Origin: a virus
Taxonomy: Duplodnaviria > Caudoviricetes
Virus record (IMG/VR): IMGVR_UViG_3300013767_000206
Location: 1-35,031 of that record
Direction: 5' to 3' (one strand)
DNA: 35,031 bases
A program made the translations under genes and the position numbers. Positions 1-8,374 of the stretch are shown here, in pieces. The first letter of the stretch is position 1; each line of letters opens with the position of its first letter. Under the pieces are notes generated by a model. The model had not been told where the DNA came from. It did not search any database and worked only from the letters and a program-made list of their open reading frames with translations.

Positions 1-1203
1 TTACGATTCAGTCAGTTTAGATTCCGGCAAGACCCACGTATTAAGGGTCTGGTATCCATTTCGATTGTTTTGGCTTGGGATCCACTTCCCATAGTTCCGG
101 AAAATCATCTCCACTCCTACGTGCCCCATTTGCGTTGCAACCCACCAAGGATTTTCACCCTTTGACAGCAGCATAGAAGCATAAGTATGACGCGTCTGGT
201 AGGGGTTGCGGTAGCGCACGCCGACTTCTTTCAGTAGTGGCATCCATAGCGACTTACGGATCTGCGCATCATTGAGCCAGGGCTCGAACGTCTTTGGGTT
301 CAGGAAAACCCGGCCGTTGTACTGCAGTCCCTTTTCGTAGAGGGCTAGCAGCGCCTCGCGGGAGGCGGGGAGCATCAAGACCGATCGAATGCTTGCCTTC
401 GTCTTCGGTGTGTCGACCTGGCCCAGCAGCTGGCCGCGTCGCACATGGATCAGGCCGGCCTTGAAGTCGATATCGCGCCATTCGAGCGCGATCAGCTCAT
501 TGGTCCGCAGCCCGGTGTAGAAGGCAAACTGGATTAGGGCGCGCCCTTGGCCTTCCGTGCCCGTCAGGATTTTAAGGATCTCTTTCTCGTTGAACGGATC
601 CACCACGTAATTGGTGCTGGCGGTGCTTCGGTTGACCAGTTTGTTGATGATGACCTGGTCTAGCGGGTTCTTCTCGATCAGTCCGTCGACGATGGCCTGC
701 TCCAGCACATGCCGCAACGGAATTAGGACATTCTTGATCCGCTTCAGCGTGCAGGTCTGGGCACTGATCCACTCGCGGATGTCCGCCGGTGCCAAATCGC
801 TGATGCGCTTCTTGCCGAAAGCCGGGCGTAGATGGGTCTCGACGGACTTCCGGTAGTCGGTCGCCGTCGACAGCTTCAGGGTCTTGTCTGCCTGCTCCAG
901 GTAGGCGTCCAGTAACTCGCCAACCAGCTCTGCCGAGATCGCCTGGCCGAACAGTTTGGCGCGCTTGCTGTTCGGGAAGTACTTGCCGTAGTGGAAGGTG
1001 CCGCGGCTGATTGCGCTCTCGATCTCAGCCTTCAGGTTGCTCGCATACTTGATGTTGCCCTTGGTGGGCTCGATGTTCTTCAGCGTTTCCCGGCACTCCA
1101 CCCCCTTGTACTGGAAGTGAAGCACCAGGCTTTGTTTGCCACTGGCGTAGCTGCGGATGCTTATGCCGCGCGGCGTTTCAATGGTTGGCTGGTTTCTGCC
1201 CAT
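1..1203 (-). CDS. int: Tyrosine integrase with N-terminal arm-binding (DUF3596-like) domain
   Basis: Motifs TGLRTNE, PKT, YQTRHTYAS, QMGH, RNYG. Start set at MGRNQ (1203) after GGAGG; alternative start at 1230. Confidence 0.95.
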   Translation of the reverse strand: MGRNQPTIETPRGISIRSYASGKQSLVLHFQYKGVECRETLKNIEPTKGNIKYASNLKAEIESAISRGTFHYGKYFPNSKRAKLFGQAISAELVGELLDAYLEQADKTLKLSTATDYRKSVETHLRPAFGKKRISDLAPADIREWISAQTCTLKRIKNVLIPLRHVLEQAIVDGLIEKNPLDQVIINKLVNRSTASTNYVVDPFNEKEILKILTGTEGQGRALIQFAFYTGLRTNELIALEWRDIDFKAGLIHVRRGQLLGQVDTPKTKASIRSVLMLPASREALLALYEKGLQYNGRVFLNPKTFEPWLNDAQIRKSLWMPLLKEVGVRYRNPYQTRHTYASMLLSKGENPWWVATQMGHVGVEMIFRNYGKWIPSQNNRNGYQTLNTWVLPESKLTES

Positions 1204-1361
1204 TTTTCCACTGCCTCCAGGTTGATCCATACGCGTCCATCGGCCGGGATACGCCAGTGCGTGCCTTCCAGCCACTTGCCACTGCGCTTCTTCGCGTCCA
1301 CGGCGTCGGGCGTATCGCCTGACAGCTCGCAGTATTTTTCGAGCTTCACCCACTTCAACAT
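1161..1361 (-). CDS. xis: Excisionase / recombination directionality factor
   Basis: 66 aa with WLEGTHW...DGRVWINLEAVEKW signature, overlaps the int 5' end, AAGGA RBS. Confidence 0.85.
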   Translation of the reverse strand: MLKWVKLEKYCELSGDTPDAVDAKKRSGKWLEGTHWRIPADGRVWINLEAVEKWAETSQPLKRRAA

Positions 1362-1380
1362 GTCGAGTCCTTTCTTGTTC

Positions 1381-1470
1381 TGCGGCCATTGGCTGAGCGG
1401 TCAGCCGGTTTTCAGAGGACGGCGAACTCCGATTGTGTTGGTCGGAGGCGACCGCTCACCGATGGCCGCG
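1381..1470. other. Structured intergenic element (long outer stem enclosing two hairpins)
   Basis: 1381-1402 pairs with 1450-1470; inner hairpins GCCG/CGGC (1404-1423) and CTCCGA/TCGGAG (1427-1447). Confidence 0.5.
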
Positions 1471-1486
1471 GTGTCGCGGCCGGGTG

Positions 1487-1834
1487 CTAGTGGCCAATTA
1501 GGTCGATGCTGATCGCGCCGCCGTTCTCCTCGTGGCCGGGCGGCAGCAACTGGTAGCGGTCGGCCTGGCCGGCTCGCACCAGGGCGCGGCCGAACGGGCT
1601 GCTGACCTCCTCGACGGTGACAAGCAGCGCGGGCAGGGCGTCGATGGCGCCGCGCACCTCGATGACTACGCCTTCGTAGTGGCTGTACTCGGTGCTGGCA
1701 GCGAGGCCGACGTCGACCAGGGCTTCGACCAGGCGCTCGCCGCGCATGATGCTTGGCAGGCGCTGGTCGAGTTTGGCGATGCGGTCTTGCATGCGCCGGG
1801 TCTCCTGAACGGCAATGCGGGTGTACAGGTTCAT
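1487..1834 (-). CDS. Hypothetical early protein (115 aa)
   Basis: MNLYTRIAVQ start overlaps the upstream stop (ATGA); GC-rich codon usage like the backbone. Confidence 0.7.
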   Translation of the reverse strand: MNLYTRIAVQETRRMQDRIAKLDQRLPSIMRGERLVEALVDVGLAASTEYSHYEGVVIEVRGAIDALPALLVTVEEVSSPFGRALVRAGQADRYQLLPPGHEENGGAISIDLIGH

Positions 1835-1938
1835 CCCACAACCCTTTCCCAAAGTGCCCCCACAAACACCGCCGACGACGCCGCGGTGATGCACAGGCCG
1901 AAAATGATCATCGCCACGGTCATTGCTTTGCTAACCAT
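1831..1938 (-). CDS. Small single-TM membrane peptide (35 aa)
   Basis: MVSKAMTVAMIIFGLCITAASSAVFVGALWERVVG; GGAGG RBS; stop overlaps the next ATG. Confidence 0.6.
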   Translation of the reverse strand: MVSKAMTVAMIIFGLCITAASSAVFVGALWERVVG

Positions 1939-1960
1939 GCTTTCCTCCAGGTTGGCCGGC

Positions 1961-4294
1961 TCACGCCCGGCCCAGGTTGAGAACCCCATGCGGGTCCGGG
2001 TTGACTCGTTGCATCCACTGCCGGCTGCTCGCCATGGCGGCGGCCAGCTGTTCCTTGATCGATAGCGAGCTGCCGTCCTCGGCCTTCCAGCGGTCGCCGC
2101 TGGCGCTCGGGCGCGGCCTGCTGGCGCGTTCCTGCTCCTCGCGTACCTTGGCCAGCAGGGCGATGCCGATGCCGTGCTGCAGCCCGGCAAACTGCTTGTG
2201 CAGCTCGCGGCCGCGTCGGCGCACGGTGGCGGCTTCCCGCTCAGCCTCTGCGTGCTCGCGCTCGGCGTTGACCCACTGGTCGCAGAACTGCATGAAGTCG
2301 GCCTCTTGAGCACGCTGGCGGTCTCGCGTCATCCGTCGCAGCACGGCACGCCGGCGGTGCTGCTCTTCGGTCAACTGCGCCGGCGGCATGAACTGGTCGT
2401 CTTGCGGCTGCACGGCGCGGATCAGCTCATCGGCTGCGATTTCCTCCAACCAGCGCAGCCGGTCTTCGTCGGTGGCCTGGGTGGCCACCGGGCCGATGTT
2501 CAAATTCGTAGAGTTATTGACACGAGTCCAAGCGGCCGCTTCGCGCCCTGGGAAAACCTTCCACTCGTGAATGCGGGTCATGGCGAGCTGACCCCCGTCG
2601 ACTTCGACCACGCCAAACAGGCGTTTCTGCCCGGCTTCGCCGTAGCGGTTGACCGCCGGCTCGCTGTCCTTGGCCAGCTGCAGAGGCATGTCGCCGCGGC
2701 TCAGCTCCAGCCCACCCATCACCTCGACGAAGCGCGCCCAGTGGCCCACGTCTGCCGCCGCGGCCGCTTGCATTAGCACGCCCTCGGCGTCGCCGTAGTC
2801 GTAGCGGCGCAGCTCGCGCCATACGCCCACTGGCGGACCGCCCACTTGTTGGAACTGGCGGATTCCCCAGGTGGCCGCCCAGGCATCCACGCGACGCGCG
2901 GTCGACATGGCGTCGGTATCTTCGCCCTGGTGCAGCGCGGCGCCGTCGTCGCCATCAGCACGGCTGTTGCGGTCGGCCGTGGCCTCGTAGTCCTGGCCGA
3001 TCGATGTGCCGTCGTTGCGCACACCGTCGATGTTCTTCGCGATGTACTTGGCGATGTAGCCGGCGGCCGAGCCCTTGTTCCAATCGATGGCCTTGAACCA
3101 CACGCGCGGGCCGATCGCCTTCCAGATCCAGCGCGGCGGGTGGTTCCAGAAAGTGGCCTCGTCGCCGATCCGTTCGGCCAACTGCGCCACCGATTGGCGT
3201 GCACCGTTCAGCTTCAGCTTCAGCTCGTGCGCCTGCTGCTTCGCCGCCTTCTTGGTCAGCGCATAGCCCAGGTTCTCACCCAGCTCGGTACGGTCCTCGC
3301 GCACTGCATAGCGCGCCACCGTCAGGCGGAAGTCGCGTACCTGATCCGGTGCCATGAAGAACAGCCCGTGCATATGCGGCGTGCCGTCGTGGTGCGGCTC
3401 GGCCACGCGGAAGCCGAACACCTTGATGTTCTGGCGGGCCAACGACGCGGTGATGCGTGACCACACTTTGGCCAGGTAGTCGCGGGTCGTGCCCGGCGTG
3501 CTCCCGTCGTACTTCGGATTGCGCTGGCCGCTCTTGGCGCGGCGCGGGTGGTAGCGGCTAGGTGCGGTCAGCGTGATGAACTCGCCGGCCATGCCCAGGC
3601 TGACGGCGATGTACTCGAACCCGGCAATGCGGGTCATCAACTCGGCGCGGCGAATGGCCGGGTTGGCCATACCCTTGTCGGCCAGTTCGGCCAAGGTGAA
3701 TTGCTGGCCCAGCTCATTGATGGCCACCATCGCGTCGAGCAGGCCACGGTTGCGGCGCTTCTGTTCGCCGCGGCGGTTCACCGCATCGTTGCTGCAATAC
3801 AGGCCGTTTCGCTTGTGGACCAGCCCCAGGCTAATGGCCAGCGTTTCGGCCTGGCGCGCCTTCACGCGCCGGGCGTATCTGCGCCACCACAGGCTGCAGC
3901 CCACGCGGCGGGCGATGCCTTCCTCGCTGTCGCCGCTGGGCAGCGGCATGCCGTGCTCGTGGCAAAACGCCTCCAGAGCGTTCAGGTCCGCACCGTTGAT
4001 GCGCAGCTGCTCGCCTTCCTGGGCGCGAGCCTTTGCAAAAGTCACCGTGGCCTCATCGCTGGCGCCTAGCTCCAACGCCTTGGCCGGGAAGCGCGCTACC
4101 AGTTCTCGCAGCCACTCGTTGGCCTCGCGCTCGCGGCCGTCATCCAGCACGCCGACGCGGTGCTCGGCGGCGCGCAGCGGGCGGTTGCGACGGCGCAACC
4201 ACTCGCGGCGAACGGCATAGGCCAGGTGCGGCGGAAACTTGGCGAACTGGCCTTGTTCCCAGGTGCCGGGCAGGTGCGAGAACGGGGCGATCAT
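1961..4294 (-). CDS. gpA: P2 gpA-like rolling-circle replication initiator (HUH endonuclease)
   Basis: FITLTAPS, EPHHDGTPHMH (HUH), GYIAKYIAKNI (two Tyr), WGIRQFQQVG. Confidence 0.95.
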   Translation of the reverse strand: MIAPFSHLPGTWEQGQFAKFPPHLAYAVRREWLRRRNRPLRAAEHRVGVLDDGREREANEWLRELVARFPAKALELGASDEATVTFAKARAQEGEQLRINGADLNALEAFCHEHGMPLPSGDSEEGIARRVGCSLWWRRYARRVKARQAETLAISLGLVHKRNGLYCSNDAVNRRGEQKRRNRGLLDAMVAINELGQQFTLAELADKGMANPAIRRAELMTRIAGFEYIAVSLGMAGEFITLTAPSRYHPRRAKSGQRNPKYDGSTPGTTRDYLAKVWSRITASLARQNIKVFGFRVAEPHHDGTPHMHGLFFMAPDQVRDFRLTVARYAVREDRTELGENLGYALTKKAAKQQAHELKLKLNGARQSVAQLAERIGDEATFWNHPPRWIWKAIGPRVWFKAIDWNKGSAAGYIAKYIAKNIDGVRNDGTSIGQDYEATADRNSRADGDDGAALHQGEDTDAMSTARRVDAWAATWGIRQFQQVGGPPVGVWRELRRYDYGDAEGVLMQAAAAADVGHWARFVEVMGGLELSRGDMPLQLAKDSEPAVNRYGEAGQKRLFGVVEVDGGQLAMTRIHEWKVFPGREAAAWTRVNNSTNLNIGPVATQATDEDRLRWLEEIAADELIRAVQPQDDQFMPPAQLTEEQHRRRAVLRRMTRDRQRAQEADFMQFCDQWVNAEREHAEAEREAATVRRRGRELHKQFAGLQHGIGIALLAKVREEQERASRPRPSASGDRWKAEDGSSLSIKEQLAAAMASSRQWMQRVNPDPHGVLNLGRA
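2508..2536 (-). other. Rolling-circle replication origin inside gene A
   Basis: Minus strand GCCGCTTG/GACTCGTGTCAATAACTCTAC resembles the P2 ori (GCGCCTCG/GAGTCCTGTCAATAAC); locally AT-rich; predicted nick between 2529 and 2528. Confidence 0.75.
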
Positions 4295-4680
4295 GCTGCG
4301 CGACTCTCCAGCGCAACGCCCTCACGGCGCAGCTCGGACTGGACATCGGCCGGAGCGATGCCTTCGCCGCGTTGCAGCTTGCCGGCGGCGCTCTTGTGCT
4401 CGAACAGCACGCCTTCAAGGTCGTACTGCAGGCGGCCGGCGGCGAATAGTTGCAGCCCAGCTACCGGCAGGCGGTTGAGGGTGATCAGGCTGTTGATGCT
4501 CTGCTCGATCTGACCCAGCATCAGCAACGCTTCGCGCACCTGGCTGATGGCATCCAGTTGCTGAAGGTTCATCACCTTGCGCTGCAGTGCCTCCACCGTG
4601 GTCAGCGGGTTGGGCAGGTTGGCCGAACGGCCCGGCAACATGGTGTCGCGCGCTGCCTGGAAAGTCTCGTATGCACCCAT
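4291..4680 (-). CDS. Hypothetical early protein (129 aa)
   Basis: MGAYETFQ start after GGGAGA; stop overlaps the ATG of A. Confidence 0.7.
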   Translation of the reverse strand: MGAYETFQAARDTMLPGRSANLPNPLTTVEALQRKVMNLQQLDAISQVREALLMLGQIEQSINSLITLNRLPVAGLQLFAAGRLQYDLEGVLFEHKSAAGKLQRGEGIAPADVQSELRREGVALESRAA

Positions 4681-4691
4681 GGCGTTCTCCC

Positions 4692-4877
4692 TTACAGCGT
4701 CGCGGTGAGTTGCTGAAGCATGACCAGCACCAACAGGAGCAGGCCGCACTTGATGGCGACCAACAGCCAGTCGCGCGGGGTGTCAGGCTCGGCCTGTTTC
4801 GGCTGGGCCGGGGTGTAGCACTGCTGACCGGCGCCTAGCGGCACTCGGTGAAATTGCCTAGACTGTGCGTTTTGCAT
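4692..4877 (-). CDS. Small protein with C-terminal TM helix (61 aa)
   Basis: AGGTGA RBS; WLLVAIKCGLLLLVLVMLQQL hydrophobic segment. Confidence 0.6.
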   Translation of the reverse strand: MQNAQSRQFHRVPLGAGQQCYTPAQPKQAEPDTPRDWLLVAIKCGLLLLVLVMLQQLTATL

Positions 4878-4901
4878 AAATCACCTGTTTGGAGAATCCG
4901 A

Positions 4902-5174
4902 ATGGCAATTGATTACGCTTACGAGTTTTGTCTTTCGCCCACTGCCCGTAAGGAGGTAGGCCCATCTTTCAAGCCGCTGATTGACCTTCCTGATGGCTAT
5001 CCGGTGTTTCAGATGGGCGATCTGGTCGGCTGGAAAGAGGGGCTGCTTCGAGTTGCTTTCCGGCTGCACGACGTCGACGACCAAGGTCAGCCCATGTTTC
5101 GTGTACTTCTCTCGTCCATTGGCGAAGATCCACATAAGGCGGTACTGGCTTGGTTGAAAGCTGAGAACTGGTAA
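4902..5174 (+). CDS. Hypothetical protein (90 aa), moron-like, opposite to the early operon
   Basis: GGAGA RBS before ATG 4902 (MAIDYAYEF), lower GC than flanks, followed by its own terminator. Confidence 0.6.
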   Translation: MAIDYAYEFCLSPTARKEVGPSFKPLIDLPDGYPVFQMGDLVGWKEGLLRVAFRLHDVDDQGQPMFRVLLSSIGEDPHKAVLAWLKAENW

Positions 5175-5207
5175 GCACTGTTTGTTTCAGCCACACCTCG
5201 ATATTCA

Positions 5208-5232
5208 GGCCCGCTTTCAGGCGGGCTTTTTT
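5208..5232 (+). terminator. Rho-independent terminator
   Basis: GCCCGC-tttcag-GCGGGC-TTTTTT. Confidence 0.75.
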
Positions 5233-5348
5233 GCGTCCCTTCTTCATCGCTGCTGCTCCTGTCGGTGGAATTTGGGCAAAGCCTCTCCCTGCGGGCCGGT
5301 TTAGCGGCTCGCCGGGGCAGGGTTCGCTGGGGTTGGGGTTTAGCCTGG

Positions 5349-5600
5349 TTAGTCGGCTAGTAGATCGAGCTGGCGCTCATCAGGTGGCGCGCCGGCCTTG
5401 CCGCGCGGGATGAACACCAGGGGGTTAGGTGTGGCGCTGGGGGAGAGCGTCCGCACCACTTCGGTCAGGGTGACGAAGGTATGGCCGCAGTACAGGTTGC
5501 TGCACTGGCAGAATGCCTCGCGCAGTTTCACGCTGAGCATGCGGCTGCTGCGGGTGTTGGCCACGCTGTCGCAGTGAGGGCAGGTGAAAGCCATGGTCAC
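5349..5600 (-). CDS. ogr: Ogr/Delta zinc-finger late-transcription activator
   Basis: CPHC...TRSS...CQCSNLYCGHTF...LSPSA; start GTG 5600 or ATG 5594. Confidence 0.93.
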   Translation of the reverse strand: MTMAFTCPHCDSVANTRSSRMLSVKLREAFCQCSNLYCGHTFVTLTEVVRTLSPSATPNPLVFIPRGKAGAPPDERQLDLLAD

Positions 5601-6049
5601 GCCTCCCGAGAGGTGAAGACTTTGAGGGTCAGCTCATGCATCTGCGTCACCTTGGTGCAGATGGCCACCCGGATTTTGTCGAGGCGGGCTTGCTCTTTGC
5701 GGTCGACCTCGCCGTCGCGGGTGGCCTCGCGCCACTCGCGGGCTAGCTTGCCCACCTCGTCGACCAATTCCATGTAGACCGTTTGGATGCACTCGTCGTC
5801 GATGGCGCCGACCTGCGGCAGCGGAATGAACACGCCGCCCGACTCGGTGGCCACGGCCTCGGCGAAGTGCGTGCCGCTGCTGAGCGACTGCATCAGCATC
5901 GCGTCGTCCACATGCATCCGCTGACTCTTACGCTCGTAGACGCGGTTTTCGAGCGCGTCCTTGGTCATGCCCATTGCGCCGGCCATCGCCGCCCAACCAC
6001 CGGGCATCGCGCGGGTCATGTCCTGATAAGCAATTCTGAGTCGGTCCAC
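5597..6049 (-). CDS. Phage regulatory CII / YmfL-like protein
   Basis: PGGWAAMAGAMG..LENRVYERK, GGVFIPLP and DGEVD..E motifs; position after the cro-like gene. Confidence 0.75.
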   Translation of the reverse strand: MDRLRIAYQDMTRAMPGGWAAMAGAMGMTKDALENRVYERKSQRMHVDDAMLMQSLSSGTHFAEAVATESGGVFIPLPQVGAIDDECIQTVYMELVDEVGKLAREWREATRDGEVDRKEQARLDKIRVAICTKVTQMHELTLKVFTSREA

Positions 6050-6103
6050 CGGGAAATCCTTGTTCGTGTGGTTTTGACGTTCGTAGCAACCGGCTACAGT
6101 GAA

Positions 6104-6304
6104 TTACGCCGCTTGTGCGGCTGCCTCGGCCGCTAGGCCCAGGCGGTAATACTTGGCGACGATGGCGCTTTCGCTCAGGTTCATCTTCTGCATCAGCTCG
6201 CCAAGGCGCTTACGCTCATCTGGAGTAAGCGACACGGTGACGCGGCGCTTATCAACACCGCGAGCCGCGTAGCTGCGAGGGACTGCTGCTTTCGTAGTAG
6301 TCAT
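6104..6304 (-). CDS. Small ribbon-helix-helix-like DNA-binding protein in the cro/cox position
   Basis: RRVTVSLTPDERKRL..MNLSESAIV pattern; AGGAG RBS; first gene of the leftward early operon. Confidence 0.7.
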   Translation of the reverse strand: MTTTKAAVPRSYAARGVDKRRVTVSLTPDERKRLGELMQKMNLSESAIVAKYYRLGLAAEAAAQAA

Positions 6305-6347
6305 GTCGGCTCCTGTGGTACGTTTGTGTGTATATGTGCTGCACTGA

Positions 6348-6383
6348 TGCAAATATACCTATCAAAGTAGGTATTTGCAAATA
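6348..6383 (-). promoter_or_regulatory. Leftward early promoter with overlapping palindromic operator (genetic switch)
   Basis: Minus strand TTGCAA(6380-6375)-17 nt-TATATT(6357-6352); TACCTA-N6-TAGGTA (6356-6373) flanked by TGCAAA/TTTGCA; palindrome TATTTGCAAATA at 6372-6383. Confidence 0.75.
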
Positions 6384-6397
6384 AAAGACCTACATAA

Positions 6398-6709
6398 ATG
6401 ACAATTCACGATCGCCTCTTCGAAGAAAGGCGCCGGCTCGGCCTTAGCCAAAGCGAAATGGCCACGTCAGCAGGCGTTGGGTTTAGCACCTACCAGACCT
6501 ATGAAAAATCTGACCGCTTCCCCAATGCAGAAACACTCGAAAAGCTTTATCTGGCAGGGGTAGATGTCCTCTATGTCGTGACTGGCGTTCGCAACAACAC
6601 GACTTTGTCGAATCGCGAGCTAGTGCTTCTGGAAGAGTTCAAACGTCTCGATGAGCGGATGCAGAAGGCAACCATCTCTCTTGTGCAGACTTACAACAGC
6701 GAGGTGTAA
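6398..6709 (+). CDS. XRE-family HTH immunity repressor (no S24 peptidase domain)
   Basis: RLFEERRRLGLSQSEMA..GV..STYQTYEK..R.P, AGVDVLYVVTG; divergent from the cro-like gene; no SD visible. Confidence 0.9.
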   Translation: MTIHDRLFEERRRLGLSQSEMATSAGVGFSTYQTYEKSDRFPNAETLEKLYLAGVDVLYVVTGVRNNTTLSNRELVLLEEFKRLDERMQKATISLVQTYNSEV

Positions 6710-6712
6710 CCA

Positions 6713-7021
6713 ATGACCGCGATTGCCCACCGGCTGGTGCAGGAACGCATCCGGCTGAACATCAGCCAGATGGAAATGAGCCGCCTGGGCGGCGTGGCGC
6801 TGTCGGCCTATCACTCGTTTGAGAAGGGCACCCGGTTGCCGAGTGGCGACTTCATCGAGCAAGCCCAGGCCGCCGGGGTGGACGGGCACTATATCGTGAC
6901 CGGCCAGCGCGACACCGCGACGCTGTCGGCCGACGAAACCCGCCTGCTTGAGCTGTTCAGCCGCGCCGACGAGCGCATGCAGCAAGTGGCGATGCAACTA
7001 CTACAGAGTTATTCCGCATGA
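6713..7021 (+). CDS. Second XRE-family HTH protein, full-length paralogue of the repressor
   Basis: RLVQERIRLNISQ..., AGVDGHYIVTG, DERMQ; GAGGT RBS. Confidence 0.88.
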   Translation: MTAIAHRLVQERIRLNISQMEMSRLGGVALSAYHSFEKGTRLPSGDFIEQAQAAGVDGHYIVTGQRDTATLSADETRLLELFSRADERMQQVAMQLLQSYSA

Positions 7022-7081
7022 CGGCCTGACCGCCCGATTGCACCAAGAGCGCCGGCCCGAAAGGGTGCGGCGCGTTTTGTT
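7021..7081 (+). terminator. GAAA-loop hairpin with T tract after the repressor pair (copy 1 of a repeated element)
   Basis: GCGCCG-g-CCC-GAAA-GGG-tg-CGGCGC-GTTTTGTT. Confidence 0.55.
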
Positions 7082-7138
7082 ATGAATTGGTGTTATGACT
7101 ATGTATTTTGTTATTTTTAATCCAAATTGGAGATTATT

Positions 7139-8365
7139 GTGAGTAGGTCATTTGTTACTGGAATTGAAATTAAAAATGTCAGGAATATTAACGGTTTCAA
7201 TGTTGATTTTGGTGGGGGAGGAATAAGGCATCTCATCTTTACCGGAAGAAATGGGTGCGGGAAAACATCTGTACTCTTAGAGTTGAATAAATACTTTAAA
7301 AAATCATTTGAAGGTTCTTTGCAGTATCGAGATCAATATATTTCATCGCTTAAATCTATTAATGAGAGTTTGGCAGATGCTAATCTTCCTGACTCTGATC
7401 GATTGCCATTGATTTCCAGCAAAAAGAATTTAGAACATGAATTAAATATGTATGGCGGAGTTGAGATCATATTTAATGATAAGTATCTTGCAACAAAAAA
7501 AATAACCGAGAAGAACTATCTATTCTCCTTTTTCGGCGCAAAAAGACACTCGGATAATGTTTCGCCAAAAAGAATTGAAAAGATAAATATTGAAGACCGT
7601 CTAAATATTGGCGATAGCCCGGGCAGCATTTTTCTTCAGTATATTGTTAATATGAAGGCAGAGAAGTCTTTCGCTAATGATGACGGTGAGATGGACGTTG
7701 TCATCAAGATTGATAAGTGGTTCTCCGATTTCGAGAATAGTCTTGCTGACGTTTTTGAACAGCCAGGGCTTAAACTATTGTTCAATAGAAAAGATTACAG
7801 TTTTGATATTTTACTTGAGGACGGAAGACGATTTGATTTGACAGAGTTATCGGACGGCTATTCTGCCGTCCTAAGCATTCTATCGGAATTAATCGTCAGA
7901 ATGGATGGGCGAGGTGCAACAGGCTACGATTTAGAAGGGGTAGTAATAATTGACGAAATTGAAACGCACCTGCATGTTGAACTACAAAGGAAAATCCTTC
8001 CGTTCCTGATTGGATTTTTCCCTAATGTGCAGTTCATTGTATCAACGCATTCGCCTTTTGTTCTTTCTTCGGTGGAAGATGCTGTAATCTGCGATCTTGA
8101 AAAAAGAACCGTAATTGAGGATTTGAGTGGGTACTCCTATAGTGCATTGATTGAAAGTTACTTCAACTCAAGCGAGTATTCAAAGGCTGTTCAAGAAAAA
8201 ATAGAAAGATTTGAGAGCCTTCTCAATGCCGAGAATGATGATGAGAGGCTAGAGTTCCTAGAGTTGAAAGGATACTTTATGTCGCTGCCAAAATATTTCT
8301 CCCCTGGATTAGATATTAAAGTTAAGCAGATTTTAATTAAAGCTTCTCAGAAATCGATAAGTTAA
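7139..8365 (+). CDS. ptuA: ABC-type AAA ATPase, PtuA/Septu-like
   Basis: Walker A GRNGCGKT, signature LSDGY, Walker B IIDEIETHLH, H-loop STHSP; GTG 7139 follows GGAG; very AT-rich. Confidence 0.8.
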   Translation: MSRSFVTGIEIKNVRNINGFNVDFGGGGIRHLIFTGRNGCGKTSVLLELNKYFKKSFEGSLQYRDQYISSLKSINESLADANLPDSDRLPLISSKKNLEHELNMYGGVEIIFNDKYLATKKITEKNYLFSFFGAKRHSDNVSPKRIEKINIEDRLNIGDSPGSIFLQYIVNMKAEKSFANDDGEMDVVIKIDKWFSDFENSLADVFEQPGLKLLFNRKDYSFDILLEDGRRFDLTELSDGYSAVLSILSELIVRMDGRGATGYDLEGVVIIDEIETHLHVELQRKILPFLIGFFPNVQFIVSTHSPFVLSSVEDAVICDLEKRTVIEDLSGYSYSALIESYFNSSEYSKAVQEKIERFESLLNAENDDERLEFLELKGYFMSLPKYFSPGLDIKVKQILIKASQKSIS

Positions 8366-8374
8366 AGGGGCGGT

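Noticed and set aside
1204-1389. 62-aa N-terminal extension of the integrase in the ORF track
   Set aside because: Overlaps the whole xis gene in another frame; a better RBS sits before ATG 1203
1381-1470. Hammerhead ribozyme or tRNA
   Set aside because: No CUGAnGA/GAAA core at the junction and no T-loop/anticodon cloverleaf
4881-5135. 84-aa minus-strand ORF
   Set aside because: No clear RBS; antisense to the better-supported + gene with RBS and terminator
5270-5325. c-di-GMP-I riboswitch-like GGCAAAGCCTC plus hairpin
   Set aside because: No upstream GAAA-capped P2 stem; only a generic hairpin (CCCTGC/GCAGGG) after ogr
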